From the IMG/VR virus record IMGVR_UViG_3300021255_001592: 64,000 nt of DNA; one strand, given 5' to 3'. The notes beneath the pieces are model-generated. The model was not told the DNA's origin and searched no databases. It worked only from the letters and a program-made list of their open reading frames with translations. A program made the translations under genes and the position numbers. The stretch's first letter is position 1, and every line of letters starts with the position of its first letter. Shown here piece after piece: positions 8,013-17,964 of this stretch. Source of the stretch: an uncultured virus (IMG/VR IMGVR_UViG_3300021255_001592) (taxonomy: Duplodnaviria > Heunggongvirae > Uroviricota > Caudoviricetes > Crassvirales).

Positions 8013-10106
8013 ATGTTTACTAGAAAACAAATAGAGGAAATCGCTGCTAAATTAGCTGATCTAGCTATAAAAGATAGTCAGTTCAATAACATAAACAAAC
8101 CGCTCAATGGCTCAGAGAATTTGCCTGTTCTTCAAGATGGAGAAAACAGGCTGATGACTCTTTCAGACCTAGTTAATCTCATTATCGGAGATGAGGACAG
8201 GCAATATATTAAATGCATTTTAAACATAGAGTGCCTGACCAGCAATGCCACAATTGAGATAAAGGGACAAGGGCAGGAGGATTTTACCCGTCAAGATACA
8301 TATACGGCATACTATGGTGAGATTGTAGATGTTCGCATATCAGCAGAAGGGTATGACACTTGGCAAGAGGTTGTCACTATGACCCAAGACCATATTATTA
8401 TTGTGTCTCTTAATGAAAAAGGATCTGGGTCAGGGCCAACACAAGACTCTTATTATGTAAGAGTGATTAATACACAAGGTGCCCAAATAACACTCAATGG
8501 TTCACCTGTCTCTTCAGGGTCAGTAAATTATTTTATAGCTGGCGACGATATTGATATTATTGTCAGTAAGCCTGGTTTTGTAACTGAGCCTCGTTACATA
8601 AAGGGTATAGATAGAAATTACGATATTCCGATTGATCTAGATGAGGAAGAGGAAACTCCTCAGGATACTCCATATATAAGATTTAATCAGGAACTTGTAA
8701 ACCTAGATACTGACGGTAACATAGTAGGCGATAATAATGTGAGGGTACTCTCCAACTGCACTTGGGCAATAGCCGCTCAGGATTCTCCTAGTAAGGAAAG
8801 TACTGAGGATGACTATAATGCTGTTGAGGTTCCTGATGAAATAACTGTTCCACTTGGCGAAGAAAGAAACATAGTAGAAGATGAACAAGATATGGGAAAA
8901 ATTTTTACATCGAAAGATCCATCCATCGCTAGAGTAGTGAACAATAAGGTTGAGGGAGTCTCAGAAGGCACTACAGAAATTGAGACTTATGATGCCGCTA
9001 CTGGTACTTATCTTGGCAAGAGTACAACTACTGTCAAAGACTCTAGTGATATAGTGGAGCCTGAATCTATACAGGTAGATCCAGAGTATATAAAACTGAC
9101 TCCAGATAAGACTACGGCTACAATCAAGGCTACAGTTCTTCCAGCGAATGCTGATCAAACTGTGTACTGGACAGTTGGTTACAGTAGATATTTATCAGTA
9201 TCCCCTACAGGAGTCATCACTAAAGGAAGAGAGGCAGGCTCAACATATGTTATGGCATATACTGGAGACAGAAAAATCAAAGCTAAGTGCATAGTTGATG
9301 TTGAGCTTGGTGGCACATTTGTCACATCTGTAACTCCCACATCTGTTGAAATTCCAGCGTGTGTTGAGACTGATAGCGACTATCCAGTTATCAGGTATGT
9401 GAAGTCTGATAAAGGTGGAACAAGCACAGGAGTACAGATATCAGCTATTAATATGCCAGTTAATGTCGCAAAAGACATCACAGACAATCAATTTACTTTA
9501 TGTATTCCAGAGAATCTTGCCAATGATAGGTATATTACTGTTGAGGTTTATGGAAAAGAAACTGGAGATAAGGGACAGAAGATTACAGTGCATCAAGCGG
9601 CAAGCTCAAAATCAAGTGGTTTTGTAGGAGGAAATACAGCACATTATTATGCCAATGCCTCCAGTGGTGCTGATTCAGGACATGCTGGCTACGCTGAGCC
9701 ATATACAGGAAGTGGAGCAATGTATTTCAAGTGTGGTTTTGGAAGGCAGATGAATGTCCTTGCGGATGCCGAGATAAGTGATTCTTGGATTCATCTTGAT
9801 CTTACAAAAGTAGACTTCCATGACCTGTATGGATATACAGCAGCTCAACAAATGGAGTATCGTAAGACTGGAAAAATAGATGGTAAGGTTCCTGATTTTT
9901 CAGGTAAAGGCTATACTGTAGCATACTATGTGATTGTTAATTGTGATGTGAATACAACTGGACAGGCGAGGACAGGGACTATAACCCTTCCTGGGTACAA
10001 TCCAGATACAGTCATAATAGATGATCCTACAGAGATGGATCCAGAGCATTGGAGGGCTATTCAGGATGATAATCCTCTAATCTTTACTATAACACAAGAT
10101 GCTTAA
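8013..10106 (+). CDS. head/tail fibre protein with PEGA-like, Ig-like (Big_2) and BACON-like domains
   Basis: KDSQF..PLNGSENLPVLQDGENR N-terminal anchor-like segment; TIKATVLPANADQTVYW (Big_2); NTTGQARTGTITL...FTITQ (BACON). Confidence 0.75.
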   Translation: MFTRKQIEEIAAKLADLAIKDSQFNNINKPLNGSENLPVLQDGENRLMTLSDLVNLIIGDEDRQYIKCILNIECLTSNATIEIKGQGQEDFTRQDTYTAYYGEIVDVRISAEGYDTWQEVVTMTQDHIIIVSLNEKGSGSGPTQDSYYVRVINTQGAQITLNGSPVSSGSVNYFIAGDDIDIIVSKPGFVTEPRYIKGIDRNYDIPIDLDEEEETPQDTPYIRFNQELVNLDTDGNIVGDNNVRVLSNCTWAIAAQDSPSKESTEDDYNAVEVPDEITVPLGEERNIVEDEQDMGKIFTSKDPSIARVVNNKVEGVSEGTTEIETYDAATGTYLGKSTTTVKDSSDIVEPESIQVDPEYIKLTPDKTTATIKATVLPANADQTVYWTVGYSRYLSVSPTGVITKGREAGSTYVMAYTGDRKIKAKCIVDVELGGTFVTSVTPTSVEIPACVETDSDYPVIRYVKSDKGGTSTGVQISAINMPVNVAKDITDNQFTLCIPENLANDRYITVEVYGKETGDKGQKITVHQAASSKSSGFVGGNTAHYYANASSGADSGHAGYAEPYTGSGAMYFKCGFGRQMNVLADAEISDSWIHLDLTKVDFHDLYGYTAAQQMEYRKTGKIDGKVPDFSGKGYTVAYYVIVNCDVNTTGQARTGTITLPGYNPDTVIIDDPTEMDPEHWRAIQDDNPLIFTITQDA

Positions 10107-10121
10107 TCAGGATAATAGATT

Positions 10122-12239
10122 ATGGCAAATATAACATTGCATAAGAACTCATCTACATCTGGTTCAGGCTCTAATACCATAAAGTTTGATTGGGGTAAGA
10201 ACCAAACAAGAAGCGATATATCCAGAACTTATAGATCAACAGACGGTGTTAACAAACTTGTTGTCAGACAAACCTATTCCGCATTGGCACATAATGCTAT
10301 TGGACAAACTGAAATTCAGACGGCATCATCAGATTCTCCCCAGACATTCACATTTAGAGGAGAAGCTAATGGTAAATACCTGATGATAAGTAGTGGTACT
10401 TTTCATGAAGACACCGTACAATGTACTGTGGGGAATCAGGCTATTACTAGTACAGCTACTCTTGTAAGTGCTTTTGAGGGTGGGACATCAAAGTATACAT
10501 ACACTATATCATGGACGGTTCCAGCTAACGCTGCTGAGGCTGTTAGGATAATAGATATTAAAACTATGGACAGCACTCAAGGTCAAGGAATAAGTGTCAG
10601 GTATCAACTTAGTGTTACCAGTGAGACTGTAGCCTTGGAAAGCGTTACTGTAACACCTTCTACATTAGATATAGGTATAGGAAACTCATATAGGTATAAC
10701 AACTCAACAGTATATGTTAACTCATCATCTAGAAACCAGTTGACTTATGCGTTGAGCCCATCAAATGCCACTATCAAGAGTGTCGTTTGGGAATCTAGTA
10801 ATACTAATGTAGCTACGGTGAGCAGCTCAGGACTTGTTACCGGAGTGTCAGAAGGCACTGCTACTATCACTTGTCGTGTGACTGATAATTCAGATCCTGC
10901 AAACATAGAATCAGACTCTTGCAGTATCAGAGTGTATGCTGAGGGAACTATTACTGGAGATTCTATAAAGGACATCACCAGTATAACAACATCCTCCTCT
11001 CATAATATAACTCTGCGTAATATAGACAGGAGTACTATTGCCGCCTCTCCAAGATCATCAGTTGCATGGCTTACTGGTGTCAGTGTAAATACTTCTACTA
11101 CACCTCCAACTGTGGATATGATCACATCAACTAATACTGGAGCAGATAGGGATGTTGAGATAGATGTCACAGCCACAGACTACTTGCTGAATACAGTGTC
11201 TCATTCATTCTCATTAGTACAGCGTACTCCAAGTGTGGATGATGTCCCTTGCGAGAATATTTACTTCTCAGCCAGCAGTACTGTAATTAACAATTCTGAG
11301 AATAAGGGAGACTACACAATAAGCTACACACCTACAGAGACTACTCAGAGAGCTCTTAGTTGGGTTCTTACCGGAGGAGGAGAAGGAATAGCTACTCTGG
11401 AAGTGGATTCTGAGTTCTCCAACAGGGCTTATATACATGTGTTCAGTGGAGCCAATAACACTCCTCTTACACTTACAGTAACAAATACAGACACAAAAAC
11501 AACTCCTCAGAAGTCTGCGTCTGTAAGCATTACAGCCACTTATGTGAATAATGATGGTTACTTGACAGCTAATCCAAGTGTTGTTCAGCTTGCATATAAT
11601 GACACAGTCAATGATACCACTAATGGAGCTCCTGTAATTACTGGCACAAATATGTATAGTATTGATAATGAGCCAGTTCTTATAAGCGGAACTATACCGA
11701 AGACTATGAGACTTCAGGGTGGGGTACTGTACTCGACATTTGATCCTAATGATGATCCCGCTGGAACATCTCCTAGAGTTGGAACTGTAAGAGTCTCAGG
11801 AACCGATAATGGTGGAACAAGGAGATATTGTGACATTAACTACTCTCAGTCCCCTATAGGTCAGGATGTTAACGCAGACATGCAAATATCAGCAGTACAG
11901 GCTGTTTATACTGGGAATGCTGTTACAGCACTTAAGATAGCTGTCTCTTATGACAACCCGTTTGCCAGAAATGTCGTGTTCTCTAATCAGTCTGTAACAA
12001 TCAAGGGAACCACTGATACGGGAACTGTAACACTCGATGAAATTACAAGACAGTTGTCAGACAAGAGTGTCCCTATGCTCAGCAACGATAGTGTAGAGGT
12101 TTACACGATAAGCGTTGAACCTCGCAGTGCGGTAACGAGATTCTACATAAGGATGCTTGCTACAGTCAATAATTCCACTATAACAAGACCAGTTCAGGAG
12201 ACATGGTGGGATGGAACAGATATTATAGATGAGCAATAA
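10122..12239 (+). CDS. Ig-like (Big_2)/BACON domain fibre protein
   Basis: SPSNATIKSVVWESSNTNVATVSSSGLVTGVSEGTATITC (Big_2); NTGADRDVEIDV and PRVGTVRVSG (BACON). Confidence 0.8.
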   Translation: MANITLHKNSSTSGSGSNTIKFDWGKNQTRSDISRTYRSTDGVNKLVVRQTYSALAHNAIGQTEIQTASSDSPQTFTFRGEANGKYLMISSGTFHEDTVQCTVGNQAITSTATLVSAFEGGTSKYTYTISWTVPANAAEAVRIIDIKTMDSTQGQGISVRYQLSVTSETVALESVTVTPSTLDIGIGNSYRYNNSTVYVNSSSRNQLTYALSPSNATIKSVVWESSNTNVATVSSSGLVTGVSEGTATITCRVTDNSDPANIESDSCSIRVYAEGTITGDSIKDITSITTSSSHNITLRNIDRSTIAASPRSSVAWLTGVSVNTSTTPPTVDMITSTNTGADRDVEIDVTATDYLLNTVSHSFSLVQRTPSVDDVPCENIYFSASSTVINNSENKGDYTISYTPTETTQRALSWVLTGGGEGIATLEVDSEFSNRAYIHVFSGANNTPLTLTVTNTDTKTTPQKSASVSITATYVNNDGYLTANPSVVQLAYNDTVNDTTNGAPVITGTNMYSIDNEPVLISGTIPKTMRLQGGVLYSTFDPNDDPAGTSPRVGTVRVSGTDNGGTRRYCDINYSQSPIGQDVNADMQISAVQAVYTGNAVTALKIAVSYDNPFARNVVFSNQSVTIKGTTDTGTVTLDEITRQLSDKSVPMLSNDSVEVYTISVEPRSAVTRFYIRMLATVNNSTITRPVQETWWDGTDIIDEQ

Positions 12240-12247
12240 GATAAACT

Positions 12248-12976
12248 ATGGCTACAAAAAATAACATAACAGTAACTTGTGGAGGCAGCGACGAAGGTAT
12301 CGGAACGCAGCAGCTTACAGTATCAGGTCTTCAAAGCTATACTGGAAGAAATCCATTCAGTGCAACATTTAAAGCAAATGGCACAAATACATATAGCTCT
12401 GTTACCAGTAGCAACATGTTAACTGTAACTCAAAGTGGAAGTTTCATAATAAGGCTGACAAATCCAGAATCCAATGTTCCAGCATCCGGAGGAAACATCA
12501 CTATTACTGGATATGCTAATCTTGAGAAGCTGAAACTTACAATAGGCAGCAACATGACGCTGACATCAGCTACAATAAACGATGTCTCTCTGACAAGTGA
12601 GCAACTTGCTCAACTTGCAAGCAGCACTGGGTACACTGTTGCTGGAGATCCTGGAGCTAGTGCGAAGTATAATATATCTATCACAGTTTCTGTTCAAGCC
12701 AACAGCAGCACCTCCAGTAGAGAGCTTGAGCTTTCTATGGAAGACCCAGAAGATGGAACAAAGACTGATACAGCCACAATCACTCAAAACGGGTCTTCGT
12801 CTCCGCAGCCTACAAATCAAGTATGGTTCTCAAATGGCAGTTCATCTAGTCCATCAACATCACCATCTACAGTCACTATAAACCTCAATGCTGATGGGGG
12901 GCTTGTGAATACTAGCGATGATCCAAGAGTCAATACATCACCTAGTGGAGTAGAATGGGTTATAACACCTGACTAA
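12248..12976 (+). CDS. BACON-domain protein
   Basis: YTGRNP..LTVTQ, VPASGGNITITG, GDPGASAKY, TATITQ motifs. Confidence 0.75.
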   Translation: MATKNNITVTCGGSDEGIGTQQLTVSGLQSYTGRNPFSATFKANGTNTYSSVTSSNMLTVTQSGSFIIRLTNPESNVPASGGNITITGYANLEKLKLTIGSNMTLTSATINDVSLTSEQLAQLASSTGYTVAGDPGASAKYNISITVSVQANSSTSSRELELSMEDPEDGTKTDTATITQNGSSSPQPTNQVWFSNGSSSSPSTSPSTVTINLNADGGLVNTSDDPRVNTSPSGVEWVITPD

Positions 12977-12991
12977 TTTATAAAGGGTTGA

Positions 12992-13015
12992 GGGCTGGAG
13001 TACAAGCTTCAGCCC
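12992..13015 (+). terminator. hairpin, putative terminator
   Basis: GGGCTGGAG-TACAAG-CTTCAGCCC with weak U tract. Confidence 0.5.
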
Positions 13016-13025
13016 ATATTCTATT

Positions 13026-13646
13026 ATGAGGCATTTGAACTTATATCTTATCTTAGCCTTGGTGACGGCACTTTTAATAGTGATTACATATGCCATGTCA
13101 CTTAAAAACAGTGCGCTCAAATACAAGAGGGCATACAATGTTGAGTGCAGTAATAACAGGGCTTTAAAAAGTGAAGTAGATTCATTATATAATAATACTG
13201 AGCTTCTTAAGTATTCTATAAAAGACATAAAATACAGTAATGACTCTTTAGTCAGGGAGTTGTATGATGCCAATAAGAAACTCAAACATAAGGATAGGAA
13301 CATTAAACAGCTTCAATATCTACTATCGTCTGCTGAAAGAACTGATTCTGTTATACTTAGGGATACCATATTATGTAAAGATATACAGATAGATACTACT
13401 ATTGGAGATGAGTGGATTAAGACAAGGCTTCAGATAGAATACCCATCTACTATAAAAGTCACTCCAAAGGTAAAGAGTGAGAAAATGGTATTTATGAATG
13501 AGGTCAGAAAAATAGATGGTAAGCCGAGTAAAGTATTTTTTATCAGATGGTTTCAAAAGAGGTATACTACTGTAGAGGTAGACATTATAGAGAATAATCC
13601 ATATATAGTTAACGATAGAAGTAAGTTCATAGAGATAATAAAATGA
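13026..13646 (+). CDS. putative spanin/Rz-like lysis protein (DUF6549-like)
   Basis: N-terminal TM, coiled coil, DTI/DTT repeats, KVFFIRWFQK motif; overlaps endolysin candidate. Confidence 0.6.
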   Translation: MRHLNLYLILALVTALLIVITYAMSLKNSALKYKRAYNVECSNNRALKSEVDSLYNNTELLKYSIKDIKYSNDSLVRELYDANKKLKHKDRNIKQLQYLLSSAERTDSVILRDTILCKDIQIDTTIGDEWIKTRLQIEYPSTIKVTPKVKSEKMVFMNEVRKIDGKPSKVFFIRWFQKRYTTVEVDIIENNPYIVNDRSKFIEIIK

Positions 13647-14077
13647 TAGTCAACATTACTCTTAAGCGGGAAATATTCACGGATAGTTATACCGCTGGAA
13701 CCATGTATATTGAGGGTAAGAGGTTTGGAAGAACTCTTGAGAGAAGAAATAGGGACCTTAATCATAAGAATGGGTTTGATAATGGTGAGAAGAAGGTCTA
13801 CGGGGATACTTGTATTCCGTTTGGAAGATACAAGCTCACAGTGTCCTACTCTCCTAAATTCAGGAGGGAATTGATACTTGTAAACAATGTTCCTGAATTT
13901 TCAGGAATAAGGGTACATAGAGGAAACTATCCTAAAGATTCCATTGGATGTATTCTTGTCGCAGAAAGATTTGCCAATGGAAGACTCTATAACTCAACGC
14001 CTTACGAAACTTGGATAACAAACTATGTAAAAAACGAAATTAAAAGAGGCAATGAAATCTGGCTGACTATCAGTTAA
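13643..14077 (+). CDS. putative endolysin (DUF5675, L,D-transpeptidase-like)
   Basis: TCIPFGRY, YSPKF, NVPEFSGIRVHRGNYPKDSIGCILV motifs. Confidence 0.8.
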   Translation: MIVNITLKREIFTDSYTAGTMYIEGKRFGRTLERRNRDLNHKNGFDNGEKKVYGDTCIPFGRYKLTVSYSPKFRRELILVNNVPEFSGIRVHRGNYPKDSIGCILVAERFANGRLYNSTPYETWITNYVKNEIKRGNEIWLTIS

Positions 14078-14139
14078 TAATATATTTATATCAGTCTAAA
14101 TAGTATTATTATTTCATTATTCTTAGTAAAAGTGTTAAC

Positions 14140-14148
14140 TAACTTTGT
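14140..14148 (+). promoter_or_regulatory. Bacteroidota-type -7 promoter element TAACTTTGT (capsid operon)
   Basis: TAnnTTTG match about 25 nt before ATG 14173. Confidence 0.65.
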
Positions 14149-14172
14149 CTAGAAGTTTAAAAATGGAATAGT

Positions 14173-15315
14173 ATGGAAATGAATTTAGACAACATTCTTT
14201 CTGGAGAAGATATAGCCAATCTTTTCACGAAAGATTCAGAAACACAGGAATCCTCACCTGAACAAACAGAGGAGATTGACAATACTGAAACTGAAGAAAC
14301 TACTGAGGTTAATCCAGAGGATTTATTTGGAGGACCAGAGAGCGTAGGTAGTGAAGAGGATACATCAGAGGAGGGGAAAGATGCTGGAACACAAGGTTCT
14401 GGTACTTCTCCAAAAAACAACTTCTACTCTTCCATTGCCAAAGCCCTGAAAGAAGACGGCATCTTCCCTGACCTTGATGATGATTCTCTTAATGAAATCA
14501 AACAGCCTGAGGACTTCCTTAAATTTATGGAAGATCAGCTGGCTGCAAGACTTGATGAGAAACAAAGGAGGATTGATGAGGCTCTGGGAGTTGGAGTGGA
14601 ACCTTCTAAGATTCAGCAGTACGAGAAAGTCATAAGCTATTACAATGGAATAGATGATGATGCTATCGATGATGAGTCTGACAAAGGAGAAAATTTGAGG
14701 AAACAGCTTATCTATCAAGATCTTATCAATAGAGGCTTTTCCAAAGATAGGGCACTCAAACTAGTTCAGAAAGCATTTGATGCTGGAACTGACATTGAAG
14801 ACGCCAAAGATGCTTACAGGGATGGTAAAAAGTTCTTTGAAGATGGTTATAAGAATCTTGTGAAAGAGGCAAAGGCGGCTAAGGAACAAGAGGAAAAAGA
14901 AGTTGAAGAGGAGAGGCAAAGCCTGAAGAAATCCATTCTTGAAGACAAAAAGGCATTTGGAGTCATTGATGTGGACAAAAACACAAGGCAAAGGATTTAC
15001 GATAACATAAACAAGCCTGTGTATAAAGACCCTGAGACTGGTGAAGTCCTCACAACTATTCAAAAGTATGAGAGGGACAATCATAACGAGTTCATGAAGA
15101 ACATTGGATTGCTTTACACTCTTACTGATGGGTTCAAGAATATTGACAAACTTGTCAATAAGGAAGTTAGAAAGAAAGTTAGCAAAGGTATTAGAGAACT
15201 TGAACACACGTTGTCTGGGACACAAAGAGATTCTGGAGGAAACCTTAAGTTTGTGACAGGGGTTGATGAAGATCCAGAGTCCTATTCAGGCAAAGGTTGG
15301 GACATAGACCTCTAA
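14173..15315 (+). CDS. putative capsid scaffolding protein (conserved crAss gene upstream of MCP)
   Basis: Highly acidic N-terminus, helical/coiled-coil body, position immediately before MCP. Confidence 0.7.
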   Translation: MEMNLDNILSGEDIANLFTKDSETQESSPEQTEEIDNTETEETTEVNPEDLFGGPESVGSEEDTSEEGKDAGTQGSGTSPKNNFYSSIAKALKEDGIFPDLDDDSLNEIKQPEDFLKFMEDQLAARLDEKQRRIDEALGVGVEPSKIQQYEKVISYYNGIDDDAIDDESDKGENLRKQLIYQDLINRGFSKDRALKLVQKAFDAGTDIEDAKDAYRDGKKFFEDGYKNLVKEAKAAKEQEEKEVEEERQSLKKSILEDKKAFGVIDVDKNTRQRIYDNINKPVYKDPETGEVLTTIQKYERDNHNEFMKNIGLLYTLTDGFKNIDKLVNKEVRKKVSKGIRELEHTLSGTQRDSGGNLKFVTGVDEDPESYSGKGWDIDL

Positions 15316-15362
15316 ATCCTGGAAATAGACTATACTGGTTTTATTAATTAAAGTATTTATTT

Positions 15363-16889
15363 ATGGCAAAACTTGCGAAATTCCAAATGGTAGGTCCTAC
15401 CTACTGGATGGGAACTACTAAGGAGAATCACCTTGGTAGTATTTTCCAGCTTAAGCCGCAGAAGGCTTCTGAGCTTATGGTGCAGCTCCTTGCTTGGAAT
15501 AGAGGAAAGACTCTGGATACATTCCTTTCCCAGTTCCCTGTGAAGGAATTTGAGACTGATGACGAGTTCACATGGGATGTGATTGGTTCTTCAAGGAGGA
15601 ATATTCCTCTTATTGAGGCCCGCACTCTTGATGGTGAGGTTGTTGCTGCTAATGCTGACAATGTTGGTGTCGCCACCACTCCTTTCTATCTTGTTTTCCC
15701 TGAGGCTTGGTTTGCTGACGGTGAGTATATCGTTGGTAATCTGAATGAGATTTATCAGTTCCGTATCTTGGGCGATGCAAGGTATGAGGGAACCAACGCT
15801 GTTTATAAAGTTGAGCTCGCTGGTGGAAACACTGAGGGTGTTCCTGCCGCTAGGCTTCAGGCTGGTGAGAAGTTCTCCATTGACGCTGCTTTCGTTGAGC
15901 ATTCTTTCTCTCGTAAGGTTGGTGATGTGAGGTTCGCTTCCCCTGTCGCTATGAGGAATGAGTGGTCCACAGTTCGTATTCAGCACAAGGTTGGTGGCTC
16001 TATGCTTAACAAGAAGGTTGCCTTTGGTATTCCTATGGTTAAGAAGGATGCTTCTGGCAAGATGGTGAAGTCCACAGACCCTATGTGGATGCACTATGTT
16101 GATTGGGAGCTTGAGTGCCAGTTCAACGACTATAAGAACAATGCCCTTGCCTATGGTAGGAGTAACCGCAACTCCAATGGTGAGTACATGAACCTTGGTA
16201 AGTCTGGTGAGGCTATCCGCACTGGTGCTGGTCTGTTTGAGCAGATGGAGGTTGCCAACACAAGGTACTACAACTCCACAAGGGGTGTCATGAAGCTCAT
16301 TCTTGATGCTCTTTATGAGCTGTCTGCTTCTAAGCTTGAGTTTGGTGACAGGAAGTTTGTCATCAAGACTGGTGAGCGTGGAGCCCTCATTTTCAATAGG
16401 GAGGCTAAGAATGTCACCAGTGGCTGGACTCCTATTTGGTCTGGTTCTGATTCCAATCCTTCCGCTGTTCAGAAGGTTTCCGCTACATATGCCCCTGGTA
16501 ATGCTGTCAGGGTTACTGACTATCAGGTGACTGAGTGGGTTGCTCCTAATGGTGTTCAGGTGAAGATTGATGTTGACCCTTACTATGATGATCCTGTGCG
16601 TAATAAGATTCTCCATCCTGAGGGAGGAGTCGCCTATTCTTACAGGTATGACATCTTCTACATCGGAACACAAGATCAACCTAATATTCAGAAGTGCCAG
16701 ATTAAGGGACAGCCTGAGTATCGTGGTTATGAGTGGGGATTACGAAATCCTTTCACTGGGCAAATGGGTAATCCCTACATGTCTCACGATGAGGATTCAG
16801 CCACATTCCACAGGATGGCTACCCTTGGTATAGTTGTTCTTGATCCTACTAGGACAATGAGCATTATTCCTGCTGTTCTGCAAGGCTAG
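15363..16889 (+). CDS. major capsid protein (HK97 fold, crAss type)
   Basis: Recognisably similar to PhiCrAss001 MCP as recalled (WDVIGSSRRNIPL, DDPVRNKILHP, DPTRTMS..PA.LQG); strong codon bias. Confidence 0.95.
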   Translation: MAKLAKFQMVGPTYWMGTTKENHLGSIFQLKPQKASELMVQLLAWNRGKTLDTFLSQFPVKEFETDDEFTWDVIGSSRRNIPLIEARTLDGEVVAANADNVGVATTPFYLVFPEAWFADGEYIVGNLNEIYQFRILGDARYEGTNAVYKVELAGGNTEGVPAARLQAGEKFSIDAAFVEHSFSRKVGDVRFASPVAMRNEWSTVRIQHKVGGSMLNKKVAFGIPMVKKDASGKMVKSTDPMWMHYVDWELECQFNDYKNNALAYGRSNRNSNGEYMNLGKSGEAIRTGAGLFEQMEVANTRYYNSTRGVMKLILDALYELSASKLEFGDRKFVIKTGERGALIFNREAKNVTSGWTPIWSGSDSNPSAVQKVSATYAPGNAVRVTDYQVTEWVAPNGVQVKIDVDPYYDDPVRNKILHPEGGVAYSYRYDIFYIGTQDQPNIQKCQIKGQPEYRGYEWGLRNPFTGQMGNPYMSHDEDSATFHRMATLGIVVLDPTRTMSIIPAVLQG

Positions 16890-16898
16890 TATATACAT

Positions 16899-16926
16899 GG
16901 GGGCAGTGCTCTCATTGCCCCCTTTT
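16899..16926 (+). terminator. intrinsic terminator after MCP
   Basis: GGGGGCAGTG-CTCT-CATTGCCCCC-TTTT. Confidence 0.8.
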
Positions 16927-16953
16927 AATTAAAAGTTAAGGAGAAGAACTTTT

Positions 16954-17964
16954 ATGAGAACAAAGAAAATGGAAGAGAGCGGTTTTGATTTGGATATGGA
17001 AGCCATCAACGCTGCGGAAGAAGTTAAGTTCATTGACAATGCTGAGGAGAAAACCTCTATTCCTGAGAAAAAGAAGACAGCTAAGAGAGAGCTTGATAGC
17101 CCTGTTGAGAGTTGTCTGAGAAACGAAAGGGTTATTGTAAGACACGTCAATAAGCAATCTGGACTAATCACTAATCCTAGACATGTTCTTTATGGAGGAA
17201 TGGCTGACACTGCTGTAAGGTATTTCACAGTTCCTATTCTTGAAAGAAGCGGAACCTTGAAGAATGTTCTTACAGACAATGAGAAAGCTTATCTTGAGGA
17301 AGCTATGGGTCTTGAGTACAACGGCTTGTCTATATATAATAAGGAGAATAATTTCTGGGAGAACTATCAGGTTAGGCTCACTAAATCTGATAACTTCTTG
17401 GATTTGTCTATTCCTGATGACTATATAAAGTATAAGGTGTTGCTTGCTAACTCTGACTACATCGCTCCTAATATAGAGACATTGCAGGATAAGCCGAAGG
17501 CAACCTATCAGTTTGTTATAATTGAAGAGGGTGCTGAAGACAAGATGGCAAACGACAGTATTTCAATCACACAGAAATGCTGGAAAGAGTTTGGTAAGTA
17601 TGAAGATGATGTTGATGTGATGAGGATGGTTGTTGAGACTGTTACTGGAAGAGTGCTGAGCTCAAGCGCTAAGCCAGAGTCTATAAAGACAAAGGCTGGA
17701 GAACTCATAGCCTCTGATGGTAAGATGTTCCTCAAGACTATAACTGATCCGTTACTTAAAACCAAGATACTTATAAAGAAAAGTGTTGAATCTGGAGTCA
17801 TATCTAAGAGGGGAGACTACTATTATTTGACAGAGAGTAATACTCCATTGTGCAACAACAATGAAGACCCCACTCTTACAGTTGCTGCCAGATATCTGAA
17901 TACTCCTAAGAATCAGGAAATGAAGTTTTCTATCGAGGCTAAGTTAAAAGGAATAAGGGCATGA
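16954..17964 (+). CDS. conserved crAss-like protein downstream of MCP
   Basis: 336-aa ORF; HVLYGGM, LDLSIPDDYIKYKVLLAN motifs; syntenic position. Confidence 0.75.
   Translation: MRTKKMEESGFDLDMEAINAAEEVKFIDNAEEKTSIPEKKKTAKRELDSPVESCLRNERVIVRHVNKQSGLITNPRHVLYGGMADTAVRYFTVPILERSGTLKNVLTDNEKAYLEEAMGLEYNGLSIYNKENNFWENYQVRLTKSDNFLDLSIPDDYIKYKVLLANSDYIAPNIETLQDKPKATYQFVIIEEGAEDKMANDSISITQKCWKEFGKYEDDVDVMRMVVETVTGRVLSSSAKPESIKTKAGELIASDGKMFLKTITDPLLKTKILIKKSVESGVISKRGDYYYLTESNTPLCNNNEDPTLTVAARYLNTPKNQEMKFSIEAKLKGIRA

Noticed and set aside
15591..16679. 362-aa antisense ORF within the MCP gene
   Set aside because: Shadow frame produced by strong codon bias of the MCP; no protein-like motifs
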